Of a DNA stretch of 64,000 nt, positions 39,065 to 52,511 are shown piece after piece (within the stretch, counting starts at the first letter, position 1; every line of letters starts with the position of its first letter). A model generated the notes under the pieces. It saw only the letters and a program-made list of their open reading frames with translations, did no database searches and was not told the origin of the DNA. Both the position numbers and the translations under genes were made by a program. Source of the DNA: Octopus bimaculoides (taxonomy: Eukaryota); NCBI RefSeq assembly GCF_001194135.2, contig NC_068988.1, forward strand, positions 72,205,256-72,269,255. Direction: 5' to 3'.

Positions 39065-40989
39065 TCCGTCCTTGTATAGCTATCAGGCTATCAGGCCTGA
39101 AATTGTAGGCGCGAGGGCTAATCGACCCCAGTGCTTAGCTGGTACTTACTTCATGGACCCCAAAAGGTCCGCGAAAATATGTAGGATAATATCAAGGCAA
39201 GACAAGTGGGAATTACATATACGTGTAGAGAATAAGATAATAACAATTAACTGGTAAATTCATTACAACAAAATTCCCGAATAGTAGGTGTGTTAACCGA
39301 TGGTAACTTAGGAACCTCACCATTTTTTTATACAATCAACACTCGACACAAAATCATGCAGCACTAATTATACATCACATGCACCAAGTAATTAAGTAAC
39401 ATAACTTCCATTGCACATATTCTACACAACAGATGAAGCACGAAGTTAGAGAAGCAAAACAAACCTCAAAGCAATGTAACACTGATGAAACACAATTCCT
39501 TTACATTTCCCAAATGCACATATCTCAGAAACGTCGGTGTACCTGATGGTGAAGTTTGTACCTCGCATGAAACTATTAACGCATGATGATAATTTTTAAT
39601 TTAGGCGAAGGCAACAATTTATGGGATTAAATCGACCCAGTATTTAACAAGTACTTCAGCTTTATATTTTCGAACTTAAAGAAGCCATTTACATGATGTC
39701 AAACCTGAAACCGCACTGCACTGAGCTCATGCAACAACACTCGCCTCTAGCTAGTTTAATGTTCAAACTAAGTAATTGTAAATGGGTATTAAGACAAAAG
39801 CGAATCTTTGATGCACCTTTAGGTTGCAACACTGAATTTAATGTCACCCCACACTAAGGTGCTCTTTCAAAAAGATTAAACACTACTTATTTATGCACGG
39901 AAATGGAATCTTCAATGGTTTTCGCCCAATGAATAAATCATTGGTATTTCCGAAAGTATTTCGATAGTTTTCTATCTTTGCCTTGAAAACATGCTAGTAG
40001 ATAGGATTATTTCTCAGCTAGGGGAAGGTGAAGTTGATTTTGGTCACCCTCCCCCTTTATTCCCACAACAAGTGACAACTGGTGAATTTTTATTTACAAC
40101 CTAATACAAAATCACAGAAAGTCTTTGTACGTCAAACTGCCCGAACCTAAGTCCGACTAAGCTCGGACACCATTTTATTGCTGCTTGGATTTGAACCCAC
40201 AATCTCTATTTCCTTACTACTTGAAGTCAATATTGCGGTTACCTGTTCTTGAATACCATCTTTCCGAAGAAGTCTAGTACAGTATGAGTCGTACGATTAA
40301 GATGAATAAACTACTGTTTTAAAGATCGATATTCTTTAAAATTCCAATAGAGAAAACTTTTATTTTAGATATAATATCAAAATAGTTCCAAAGTTTGCAG
40401 TAACAGAAATTCTAATATTATTATAAAAGAGAACGTCATATCTATAGGAAAAAAATGCTGCAGGAAATAAAGTATTTTGAGATAGAGAAGGAAATTGTTT
40501 TACAGCCAATGATGCATTTTCAAAAGTGTGTTGATGATATAATAATCAGTATATATAACTTACTTGTTATAAAATTCAGATAAAGTGACGCACTGTAACT
40601 AATAAAGTACCACTATGTGCACGTGTGATAAGACTAGAAAAAAAATACAACTAGTGGGCTGTGACCTTTGGAATTTACTTATGATGCTTGACGTAAAAGA
40701 AATAGTTTCACATTAATCTAACATGTAGTGAGGTTGCCTATCGCACTTTAACATATTGAATACTTGAATTTAGTAATCATCACATAAAACATTAAACTTC
40801 AAATCAAAAATATATTTATAGGTGGCCTCTCTTGCTCGCTTCAATTCCACATTATGTGCTGCACTAGTTTTTAAATATAATATACATACACATATGTAAG
40901 TGTGTGCGTGTATGTATGTATGTATGTATGTATGAATGTATGTATGTATGAATGCATGTATACCAGAGTCTCTCACTTCCATCTGTTGT

Positions 40990-41490
40990 CTGTTGGATGA
41001 CTGTTGACTCTACTGTGTCCATCTGCTCTTTGACAGGTTTTACTTTTCATCCTTGGTATGGTTGCCGGTTTAATCGACGAACGCCCGATCATGTGACAGG
41101 TTATAGTGGGTTACATGTTACCACTAGCTCTAAGAGTGGCCCTGACATGTAACACCTGCGACTTCATTTGCTTCGAATGTAGCAGACTAGTCCTTTTTGT
41201 TTAGAAAGTGGTATTTATCTTGTGCAAGGCCTTCCTTCACTTTAAAAAGCTTCAGGCACAGATGTCGCTTGATTAATAACATCTTTATTATACGTTGCAT
41301 ACTATGGCTGGCCGAAGCCGAAAAATGCAAAACATGCAAGGAAAAATTCTATGACAGAATAAAGACATGCGTCAGTTTGGATGGTAACTCTCAGAACTCA
41401 TACTGGAAGAGGCAATCGTCGTTGCAACATCTGTGGAAAAGAGTGTGGTTTCCACGCAGGACTTAATAGCTACATCCGAGCTGATTTAAG
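40990..41490 (+). mobile_element. RTE/BovB-like LINE 3' remnant with terminal zinc-finger-like motif
   Basis: CNICGKECGFHAGLNSYIR resembles the CxxCxxxCxSxxGLxSHxRxH end of RTE ORFs; upstream decayed ARPSW/AEAEK-type motifs. Confidence 0.55.
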
Positions 41491-41749
41491 AAAACAGTCA
41501 AGCTATTGCATTTGCTTGAAACTGAGTTCAAGCAATCACGTGTACTTTTGCATGCATACATACATACAACATAGATGCACACCAACACCTAAGAAAGTTT
41601 AAATAATGTGGAGCAAAGTCAACTTGATACTAAATAACTACATTTCCATTTCCAGTTTCGTGTATTGAGTGCTACTTTTCATCTACTCCTAAGTATCATT
41701 CTCCATCCGATATCAGAAGAATGGTTAGACCATTGATAGTAGCGATACT

Positions 41750-42180
41750 TGATGGGCTTGTAGAACTTCCTCGCTTTAGAACCATGTAAGAATATCCTGG
41801 CCAAATTCCATCTGTATATTCTTTGAGAATATCATAACCAGGCAAAAGCATTCACTCTCTTCATATTTTTGGTATATATTTCTAGATCGTCCATAAGGAA
41901 GTAATACGTTAGGTTCAAGTTCCTGTCTTCATGTGGGCCAATTACACAGCCTTCAAACTACTCTTTCAATTGCGTATGCCGAATTTTTATTCAACCAGAC
42001 GTCTATTCGCAAAATTAGTAAATGCTTTATTCACTGTTTCCTCTATGGGAGACTACGAAATCTCGTCTGAGCATGTGAATTGGCTTTGAGGTGACATTGA
42101 AAATGTCCCAAAATGCCGAAATACATCTGGTGATCTTGCTGGCTGATATTGGGACGAATTTTCATCTCACTTAGATATTT
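41750..42180 (-). mobile_element. Possible Tc1/mariner-like remnant
   Basis: PARSPDVFRHFGTF resembles WPARSPDLTPLDFFLWG with indels. Confidence 0.35.
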
Positions 42181-42254
42181 ATTGGGTTTTTTAACACAGT
42201 ATGTCCATAAGAGATGTTATCTCAGGACAAATATTGCAGTAACTAGCCTATCAA

Positions 42255-42500
42255 CAGTGTTTATATTCTTTTATTCTTTTATTATTTTACTTGTTTCTGT
42301 CATATGACTGCGGTTATGCTGAAGCACCGTCTTCAAGGGCTTTAGTCTAAGAAATCGACCCCATGACTTACTCTTTGTAAGCCTAATACTTATTTTATTA
42401 GTCTCTTTCGCTGAACAGCTATGTTACGCAGACGTAAACACATCAACATCGGTTTTCAAGCGATGTTGAGGGGCGCAAACACAGACACAAAGATACACAC
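42255..42500 (-). mobile_element. SINE family B 3' (tail) domain
   Basis: TTTTACTTGTTTC.GTCAT.TGACTGCGG...GCACCG...AATCGACCCC...GTAAGCCT..TACTTATT...ACGTAAACAC; reverse complement of the 43750-43955 copy. Confidence 0.85.
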
Positions 42501-42625
42501 ATAAATATACATGCATGCATACATATATATATACAGCAAAAAATTAGATTCACATGAATATGGTACTTAAGTTGAGGCACCAGAGTTTAGTATGGTATTA
42601 TCTATACAATTTCAGAATAAGGTGA

Positions 42626-42959
42626 TTAAAATCAAAATAAGCAACAAGGATATCCAGAGATAATACAGTACGATCGTTTCAAACAACTCCATTTAATTGA
42701 ACAATGCAATCATTACATCAATTTAAATGCAGAGCAATCCTCAGCTGCATAAAGACAGAGAATTTAATTAAATTAAAACAGATGGACACATTAGTATAAT
42801 TTTACCTAAAATCCCCAAGAAGGTAAGGAGATAGACAGTCTTCACTTCTTGCTCTGCATTTAAATTGATGTAATGATTGCATTGTTCGATTAAACGGGGT
42901 TACTTGAAACGATCGTACGCATTACCTGTGGATAACCTTGTCGTTTATTTTGATTTTAA
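42626..42959. repeat. Imperfect inverted repeat, arms of about 110 bp (42626-42738 / 42848-42959), spacer of about 110 bp
   Basis: GTACGATCGTTTCAA...ACAATGCAATCATTACATCAATTTAAATGCAGAGCAA is mirrored as TTGCTCTGCATTTAAATTGATGTAATGATTGCATTGT...TTGAAACGATCGTAC. Confidence 0.9.
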
Positions 42960-43063
42960 ACACACACACACGCACACACACACAGACACACACATATATA
43001 TATATCTGAATACCTTGTATTTCACATATGATCTTGCCATCTAGATCCATACTGGTATATATG

Positions 43064-43112
<49 letters not shown>

Positions 43113-43579
43113 GTGTATCTGTATATGTATGCATATGCACATATATATATATATATATATATACACATACACACATATATATATATATATATGTATAGGG
43201 ATGTATGTGTATATGTGTGTATGTGCATATATGAGTACGAGTGTGTGTGTATATACATAAATATATAAGTGTGTGTATATGTATATACGTGTAGAGATAT
43301 ACATATGCCTACCTCCCTATTGGCGCGCATTTGCATTTTTTATAGGTGTGTGCATATATTAATGTGAACTTGTGTATACATGCACACGGGCGTATGTTTA
43401 TATGTGTATACGCATACATATATGTATCTGTGTATGTATATGTGCGTATGAGCAGGAATACAAAAAAAGTGTTTTCGTCTAAGTATCATCTTCCTTTCTA
43501 CTTCCTTTTCTTTCTCAACAGTGATGGCTCATTACGTCATTTTCTCTAAACTAGAATTTTTTCACGTTCATATTTGAAT

Positions 43580-43694
43580 TTTTCGCGTTTCCCCTTGAGT
43601 AAGTATCTTCTACTATAGCTTCGAGCCGACCAAAGCCTTGTGAGTGGATTTGGTAGACGAAAACTGGAAGAAGCCCGTCGTATACGTATACATA

Positions 43695-43753
<59 letters not shown>

Positions 43754-43955
43754 ATGTTTGTGTGTCTGTTTGTCTCCCCAACATCGCTTGACAACCGATG
43801 CTGGTGTGTTTACGTCTCCGCAACTTAGTGGTTCGACAAAAGAAACCGATAGAATAAGTACAAGGCTTACAAAGAATAAGCTCTGGGGTCGATTTGCTCG
43901 ACTAAAGGCGGTGCTCCAGCAAGGCCGCAGTGAAATGACTGAAACAAGTAAAAGA
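43580..43955 (+). mobile_element. CORE-type SINE (family B) with internal (TG)n
   Basis: GAGTAAGTATCTTCTACTATAGC...GACCAAAGCCTTGTGAGTGGATTTGGTAGACG...AAGCCCGTCG, (TG)n, then tail GACAACCGATGCTGG...CTGGGGTCGATTTG...GACTGAAACAAGTAAAAGA. Confidence 0.9.
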
Positions 43956-44214
43956 GTATATACATACATATATAGGTATGCGCGTATGAATGTACGTACG
44001 TGTGCATGTGCGTGTACGCATGTGTGTGTGTGTTCGTATGTGCATAAGAGCAAGCATGGTTATGTGGTTAAAATATTTCGATGCATTAGTGTGACAGCTT
44101 GGGCAAGGGCTTTGTAATACAAGCTTGTGTTGAGCAATACTCTGTGAATGAAATTGAATCACCTTAGACAGTACCCTCAGTTCTATCACATGAACACTCA
44201 TCTTTCTCTCTGCG

Positions 44215-44405
<191 letters not shown>

Positions 44406-45181
44406 CACACGTGTCATTATGAGGTCAAATTTTTCGAAAGCAGAGGCAAATGTAATCTTCGCCATACCACAACTACCACAAACAGTAATATGTAGTTTTT
44501 TTGCCTCAATTTCAAGCTTATCTTGCGGATATCAATGTGTATCATATATATTAATAACAAACAATATATTTCTGATGAAAATATCTATTACAAATATTCA
44601 TTCAAAATAAAACTAAATACAAGTAGCTCTCTTAAACAATGATAGAGGAATTACAGATAAATATTATCAAAAAATTTCGAACTGAAATTTATTGAATGAT
44701 TACTTCGAACCCCCGCAGATGAAATACAGATGTGTGTTCGAGATAATTTAAGTGAAGGCTGTAGTATGTTGATATTGTGTGAGATTTACATTTATTCAAT
44801 ATCTGAGACATAACATTTACATACCTTTTCTATAGCGGTAAAAAGGTCATTCCTCTCACGCCCTTTTCCACTCCTCTCTCACACTCACTTATACACACAC
44901 GTGCAAACACGCATTCATATACAACTTTAGATGTACCGCTATTTATATGTCTATATATGTATATATACATACATATATGTACACACACACACACACACAT
45001 ATATGTATATTCATACATACATTCATATATATACATATATATTATATATATATACACATACACATATTATTCATATATATATATATGCATATATATATAC
45101 ATATATATATATGTATACATATATATATACATACATTCATATATATATTTATATATGTATACATATATATATATAAATACA

Positions 45182-45233
<52 letters not shown>

Positions 45234-46114
45234 CAAACGCACACGCACGTGTGTAAATTAGGTCGACAAACAGATAACACTCATACACTGTTTGAGCATA
45301 TGCGTGCGCGTGTGTGTATACTCGCACTCGCGCATCTTTCGCATATCTCCAATTTACTCTAGACATTCCAGAAAAGCTAAAAATAGATGTTGGCACTTCC
45401 TGTTTGATTACAATTTAGTTCAAGGAGACGTTCACAACCCAAATCTAGAATAAGGGGCTAATTTGTTTCCTTAGTGAATAGAAGAAAAGCTTTTTCCACC
45501 TTCCTTCGTCCTAAATAACAAGAGGTAAAGTGAAGTAATGAAATTCGGTAAATGTGAATAATAACAACAGAATGGTAAATATTGTTTTACAAAACAAAAA
45601 CTGCTGATCTTAGATTATGATCGTCTAAATAATCCTTTCTAATATAGGCGCAAAGCCTTAAATCTGTCGGGGGTGGCTAGTCGATAATATCGGCGCGTTC
45701 TTCTCTGTTTGGTTGCCACATTCAGTTTCGTCAATTTTTGTTCCAATTGATTTCATATTTGGCATAATGATGTAGTTTTGTATGGTAATCATTGACATGA
45801 AATTCATGTTCGCCATAAATCAATAAATAAAGAGTTAAGAGCTTTTGGAGCTTGTGAAGGATGAAAGGCAAAGTCGACCTTGGTAGAATTTGAACTCAGA
45901 ATGTTAAGAGCCAGAAAGTTTCCTGCAGAAAACACTGAACTTGCTTACTAGCTTTTAACTATCTGTAATGTGAAGGGATTCGCCGTTGTAAAAAAAAGGG
46001 GGTGGATTCAGATTGGCTTCTTATTTAAAAGATCAGAATTATCAGAAACTAATACTGGGAATACACGATGTATACTGGTGGTTTATAATCAATAATGGGG
46101 TACGTTTGTATATT

Positions 46115-46520
46115 CCTTTCTACTATAAACACAAGGCCTGAAATTTTTGGGGAGGAGATTAAGTCAATTACATCGAACCTAGTGCGCACATGGCACTTTT
46201 TTCATCGATCTCGAAAGGTTGAAAATCAAATCGACGTCGGTGAAATTTAAACTCAGAACGTAAAGACGGATGAATAGCCATTAAGCATTTTGCCCGATAT
46301 ACTAACGATTCTGCGAGTTCGCTGTCTTCGTACGTTCGTATATCGGTTTCAAATTTTGGCACAAAACTAGTGATCTTGGTGGAGGGGGAAAGCTGATTAC
46401 AGCGACCTCTGTGTTCAAGTGGTATGTATTTTATCAACTCAGAAAGAATGAAAGACATTTGACCTCAGAACGTAAAGTTGGAAGAAATGCTGTTAAGCAT
46501 TTTCCCCGGCTCGCCGCCTT
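46115..46520 (-). mobile_element. Two adjacent SINE family A copies (about 46115-46325 and 46335-46520)
   Basis: ACACAAGGCCTGAAATT...TTTAAACTCAGAACGTAAAGACG...CTAACGATTCTGC, then TTTCAAATTTTGGCACAA...CTCAGAACGTAAAG...GCTCGCCGCCTTA. Confidence 0.8.
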
Positions 46521-46599
46521 AATATGCTCCTATATTAACAGAAATTATGACCTAACGTTTAAAGGCGATCTTTTCACAAATATTTAATGAACACAGGCG

Positions 46600-46736
46600 C
46601 AGACAGTGTGGCTGTAGGGTTCAGAAGTTCACTTTGCAACCATGTGGTCTACTTAAGACGCGACCATTAACTTGTGAATGAATTTGATAGACAGAAACTG
46701 CGTAGAAGACTGTCGTATATATACGAGTGTGAGTGA

Positions 46737-46793
<57 letters not shown>

Positions 46794-46803
46794 NNNNNNN
46801 NNN

Positions 46804-46839
<36 letters not shown>

Positions 46840-47085
46840 TTTGTGTGTGTGTGTGTTTGTACGTGTGTGTGTGTGTGCGTGCGTGCATATGTACATATGT
46901 ATGTATGTGTGTGTATCTTTGTGATTGTGTTTGTGACAACCGACGTCTCTTGACAACCATTGTTGGTTCATTTACGACCCCATAACTTAGCGGTTCGGTA
47001 TAAGAGGACCTATAGAATAAGTACCAAACTTACAAAAAGTAAGGACTGACTCTGCTGTCTAATGACTGAAACAAGTAAAAGATAA
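46600..47085 (+). mobile_element. SINE family B with internal (TG)n and assembly gap
   Basis: Degenerate head GTGTGG...AGAAGTT, GTGAATGAATTTG...GTCGTATA, (TG)n, tail CATAACTTAGCGGTTCGG...AGAATAAGTACC...GACTGAAACAAGTAAAAGA. Confidence 0.75.
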
Positions 47086-47559
47086 AAAATAAAATGATTG
47101 TTTATATTCTTTTCGCTAATTGTTTGCTTTTATTCAACCATGCTTTACATTTCAATGAGGACATCTGGAATTCGTGGTTCATGCACCGTTAACTTGTTAC
47201 GTTTCACTTTATTGACAAGCACTCAGGGCAACAACTTATTGCTAAACACATATATACTTTCTATATGCATATGACTATTTCTAATTACTTGTAAAGATAG
47301 AATTGAAAGAAAGCAAAATAAAATTATAAAGAAAGAATATAGATGTATCTATTTGCATATGCACATATGCATACCTCTTACATACATTCACTCTGTTTAT
47401 AGAAAGCAGAGAGAGATAATACAATATGATACAGTCAAATACAATAAAACAAAATACAGTATGCAGACATGTGATTAAACTAGAATATATCCCCATATAT
47501 ATACATACAAAACTTAGTATCTCTTGGTTTTTACGTAAATTTGTTGATACATAAGCTAA

Positions 47560-48481
47560 TGCACCTATGAAGATAGATACAAATGAGAATGTATAAGCCA
47601 GTGTGCAAGAGGTGTAAGTTCCGCATTAAATCACCATAAATGTTGTCTTTTGCCTAGACTTTTCAATGAACAATCACACCCGCTGGATAGCTGATCTCAG
47701 TAACAGTGCACGACTATTTTTCCCTGTCCCAAAGAACAGTATCAGGTTTGTTATGGTTGCCCCAACCTGTTGTTTTTATTGGTGTGTTGCACCAGTATTC
47801 CTGGGTAATTCTTCCTGCGGATAGCATTATAAATATTCTTTGCAACTATATCATGTTCCAGAGGCAGGTAGCATCTCGTGTATGTATGTGTGTATGTATG
47901 TGTGTATGTATACCGAGACAGAAAGAGCATGTGTGTGTGAGAGAGACAGTGTCTATTCGTTATTCCAGATCGTGATATTTTCTCTTTGATCTTTCATGTT
48001 CTTCTGTCTCACCTTGACAGTTCCTGTCTCTCTTCTCAGGCTCAACCTTGTTTTTCTGGATATATACCCTCACTCTTCTCCAAGACGTCATTCTCTATCC
48101 CGTCGTTACACTTACGACTATTAACAAATTCAATGGTATTCTTATTGAGATTTTTCTCAATGATGCTCTACTGGAAGTTTCTTTACTCTTCCCGTTCGTA
48201 GTGGTATCTCTAAATAGCCTCTTCCATTCATTCCTTATCAACGATACATAATAAAGTCTGCTATATTTCTCTCTTTGGTCTACTACCTGTGATTCTTCGA
48301 TTGAAAGTAAACACTTTGCTTATTTTGTCTTCCTCACCGAGACACCTGTTCAGAAAATAAGCATCAGAAAATTTCTGGGAAGAACTATACGAAGGCTCTT
48401 GGTGAGGCTAAATCTCAATATATGGAAAGCACCACCTTCCGTATTGCAAAGACACGTACTAACTCAAACACACATACTATA

Positions 48482-48541
<60 letters not shown>

Positions 48542-48836
48542 TTCATACACACAAAACTACTTACGTATATATGTATATACATATATAACTACTTATGTAT
48601 GTATGTATGATTGTATGTACGTATGTACTTATGAATATATGCATATAGATAGAGAGATAGATAGACATGCATACAGACAGAGATGCAGACAGGTAGGTTG
48701 GCATATAGGCAGGTAGGTAGGTAGGCAGGCAGACAGTCAAGCAGGTAGGTAGGTAGGTAGGTAGGTAGTAGGTAGGTAGGTAGGTAGGTAGGTAGGTAGG
48801 TAGGTTGGTAGGTAGGTAGTTATGTAGTTAGGTAGA

Positions 48837-48904
<68 letters not shown>

Positions 48905-49350
48905 TAAACTTCGCTTTCCAAACTTCCTAGAACTATACAGTCCAGAGCGGTTAGCTGGCGGAATTGCTTTGATGTGGGAAGAGACGCTTTTTGATATTTC
49001 TTCCAATTCTTTGCAGTTTGAACTAAGACATATCTTAATGCTCAAACACCTTAGAATAAACATATCCACTTGATGAATGATGACCAAAATATCCCATTTG
49101 AAATCGATAAAACAGTAGACCTTAAAAATTTTGGGTTCATATTCATTATTCTCAGAATATTTATTCTTTTTCTTGTGTAACCAAGTAAGTACTATATACC
49201 TCAGAATTTTTTTAATTCTTTTAGTATAAGTGATGAACCACCTCACACTATCAACGTGGAAAATTGGGGTGGTTAAGAAATTCTGACAACAGAATTGGTT
49301 ATTGTAAGTGGCACAGTGATTGATGCAGGACGTACTTTGCATCATGTGCC
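47560..49350 (-). mobile_element. Fragmented R4/Dong-like RLE LINE (RT thumb to endonuclease) split by microsatellites; includes ORF 48737-49345
   Basis: LYSSRKFGKRSLLSI (similar to LYLPRKEGGRGLLSI) and YTKRIKKIL in the 49345 ORF; HNKPDTVLWDREK*SCTVTEISYP...NIYGDLMRNL at 47560-47800 parallels the endonuclease at 265-390. Confidence 0.7.
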
Positions 49351-49409
49351 AACATCAGTAATTCTTATTCGCAAACTTTGAAGTCTTGATCATATCTTAT
49401 ATATGATAT

Positions 49410-52340
49410 ATTCACTCCGCCTTATATATAATGTTCTTCACGCTATCCTTTTATCAGTAAAAATATTGCTGTTAATTTGTCAGTTATCAAGCACAAAGTA
49501 TTGACTACAATGTGTTCTTGTCCCAATCATTTTACATCTTCAAAATTGGGGTTTCGCAGCATATAATACCTTGAAATTGATCTACTCCAATCCATAAATA
49601 TAGCCCTCTATGGTAAGTATATCTCTCTTGACCCTACACCTTTTATAAGGGATCAGTGACGTCAGTGGTCATTTAGCCAATATGATCCCTATCAGAAATC
49701 ACAGAACCAGCAGAGGCATGATTCATCACTTCACCAAACAAACAGACCAAACACACATCTTGTAAACAGGATATAATCAGCAAGCTGTTATTTCGCATCC
49801 ACTTTTCTTGGACAGATATATACTGTAGTAAGCAGTGGATTCTGACCGTCATGCTGCTAGACTCAACCACTCACCTTTTTGTCTCAGTATTGCTGTGAAT
49901 ACTCGTTCAGTTGTTCGTAGTAATTTTCATTCACCAGACGTTGTAATTTTGTTGACATGCGTTGGTTTCAGTTAAAAAATAATGATTAAATATGCGATTA
50001 GAGATTACATGTTGTTAAGATTCAAATCATATATTAAGAGAGGCTGTGACTAATTTTGATGTCCCAAGCAGGAGAGAAAGAATAAAGGATTATAACAGAA
50101 AAGAAGAAATTAAAGGGAAAAAGTATCAATGTGGTATTATGTTGTATAAAAAGTGATCAGCCGCCCTATATACTTATTGGACTGTTTATAGATTATGCGT
50201 TCGACTCCACCAGATGTGCCTCTGTGATTTCTAGTTAGAACAGGTTACTGTACATCAAGTCACCCAGGATGGTTAATGAAGACAGACGGCGTCAGTTCCA
50301 AGAGGACATACAGAGATATGTTCATAATAATGTGAAACTGAATCAAAACACCAACATGTTAAAATCACGTGATGATTACAGAGAATTTGATTTATCATGC
50401 GGAATAGTCTTGTAGAAAACTCTAAATTCTATTTTACAGTTGTCATTCATTATACCTAATTTCAGTTTTATTCTAAATCGTGACAAATTTTGTCGGGATG
50501 TTTTCGTGTATTAGATCTACATATGGCTGAGTCGATAGGATGGACTTCGAGTCAAATAGCTCGTGACTTTATGCTTTTGCGACCTTTGCACTACTCATCG
50601 CTGTCAATGAATCTTTGCCGTCTGGTGCAGGGTAGAACTCTCTATTGTAAATTTTATCGATCCTATAAAACTGACGAACGTGAAATAATAAATGCGATAA
50701 TACTTAGAGATATTGTTTTGAAATGTACTCCACCAATGTGACTTATTTCAGATACACTGCATGAAGTTGAAATTTTCAAGGGAAATCCTGAAATTTATTA
50801 TATATTTGAATTCACTAAATAATTACCTATTCAATTATAAACACTGTACAGCGTAAGGTGATATACATTTAGTGAATACAATTTATAGAATAAATTTATG
50901 GAATAAATATCATTTATTTACATTGTCAGTGATATCAATTTTATGTTGAAAGTAACATCAACACATTCTTTCATCACTTGATTCTATGGACAAATACAAT
51001 TTTCAATAAATCATTTAACGTCTACCTTGTATATTTAAGCAAGTCATCACATGTCAAAAGATATTTGTGGGTAAGGATACCTGGTGATGATTCTATATCA
51101 TCACAACAGTAAATACTTTACTTCAGGTGGCTAATTATTCAAGAATGAAAGGTTTACATCTGTAACTTAGCTTTTTTATGAGGTATGTAGATGAATGGTT
51201 GAATGGTGAATGTGTTAAAAGATTGCTTCTAAATAAGTAAAACAGAATGTATACATACACATGTACAGTAACATTTTTGGAACAAATGTATACATTCGGA
51301 TATATCATTTGAATAAATTTGTATTCTGAAAAATAAGTCTTAAAATAAACACATACATACATAGTAATATAAAATATAAACCTACGGTATGCGTACGTAA
51401 AATAAATCGCCACTATCTAGACAACAAGAGCTACGTATCGTATAAAAATATTGTGGTGTATATTAATGATGAATATATTAGATATGCGGTAGATATACTT
51501 TATACACGGTATGATAAATCGATGATATTCGCATTCATATGATTTCACTACAAACTGAATTAATAAGTCCGTACTATGATTTGTATTCTAATTGAACAAA
51601 ACTAAAATAAAGTATAAATATTAATCAACCGATCTGCTTCACTGAGGATTACCGCCGAAAATCTGTTGATATTTTTTCTTTACTTGTTCAATTTGGGAGG
51701 GTAGAATTCTATAGAATATAATCAATTTCATATTATTAACTGTGTATACATAATTTGATACGTAGAGCGACACGACAAGGATTTGCTTTCATAACTAAGT
51801 ATTCGACAGTTAGAAATTATGGAAATTATAGGAAGAACCAAACAGTGAAAGAATTAATATGTTCAGAATATTTGTATATATTTTCAGACTGAGGGAAACT
51901 TTAGCTTTCATATTGTACAGCTGAGCATTCGTACAATATGAAATGTTTAAAGCCTTTTATTGTCTGTTCAAATATGAATTAGAAGCAACTCGAGATATAT
52001 AAGCAAAATCGAACACACTTACACAAGGTATGTGTTTTCGATTGTGCGAATTGTTTGTGTTCGAATACCTTATAGAAACGAGAAAAATGCTTATATGATT
52101 TGTAATTAGTTTCGTTTATCTACATTCAGTCCCACACTCCATGATGTCAATAAGATATCCGTTATATACGATTGTAATTTAATTTATACTAAAAGCTTGA
52201 CTATGCCCGAGGTCAAATGATAGGCATCTCCATGTGAGCTTGCATTATGTGTAGTTAAATATAGAGATTAATAGCAGTTATTTAAATTGGTTTCATAAAA
52301 ATTGATATTATTTTATTCCTTTGATACAGGTCTTCATAAA
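49410..52340 (+). repeat. Direct duplication, copy 1 (paralogous to 56640-58645)
   Basis: Collinear shared blocks, e.g. GTGTTCTTGTCCCAA..CATCTTCAA, ATGATTAAATAT.CGAT.AGAGATTACATG, TAGTAATATAAAATATAAACCTACGGTAT (exact), ATCTGCTTCA.TGAG, AAAGAATTAATAT, CAAATGATA. Confidence 0.85.
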
Positions 52341-52451
52341 CATTTATCTTATCTTCTGGGCATTATTACTTTGCTTCGGAATTATTTGATTTCTTTGATT
52401 GTAGTTTAAGGCAGTTAAGAAGCTACATAATATATGTGTGCGTGTGCGAGC

Positions 52452-52510
<59 letters not shown>

Positions 52511-52511
<1 letters not shown>

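Noticed and set aside
41381-41602. C2H2 zinc-finger-like ORF suggesting a ZNF gene
   Set aside because: Single incomplete finger typical of the RTE C-terminus; no array or linker repeats.
47661-47800. Apparent plus-strand phase-1 exon (DFSMNNHTRWIADL...)
   Set aside because: It is the antisense of the RLE endonuclease (HNKPDTVLWDRE).
48737-49345. 202-aa ORF ending in ...SGLYSSRKFG-KR, resembling an amidated neuropeptide precursor
   Set aside because: There is no signal peptide. LYSSRKFGKRSLLSI is better explained as the LYLPRKEGGRGLLSI motif of R4/Dong LINEs, and the matching endonuclease lies downstream on the same strand.
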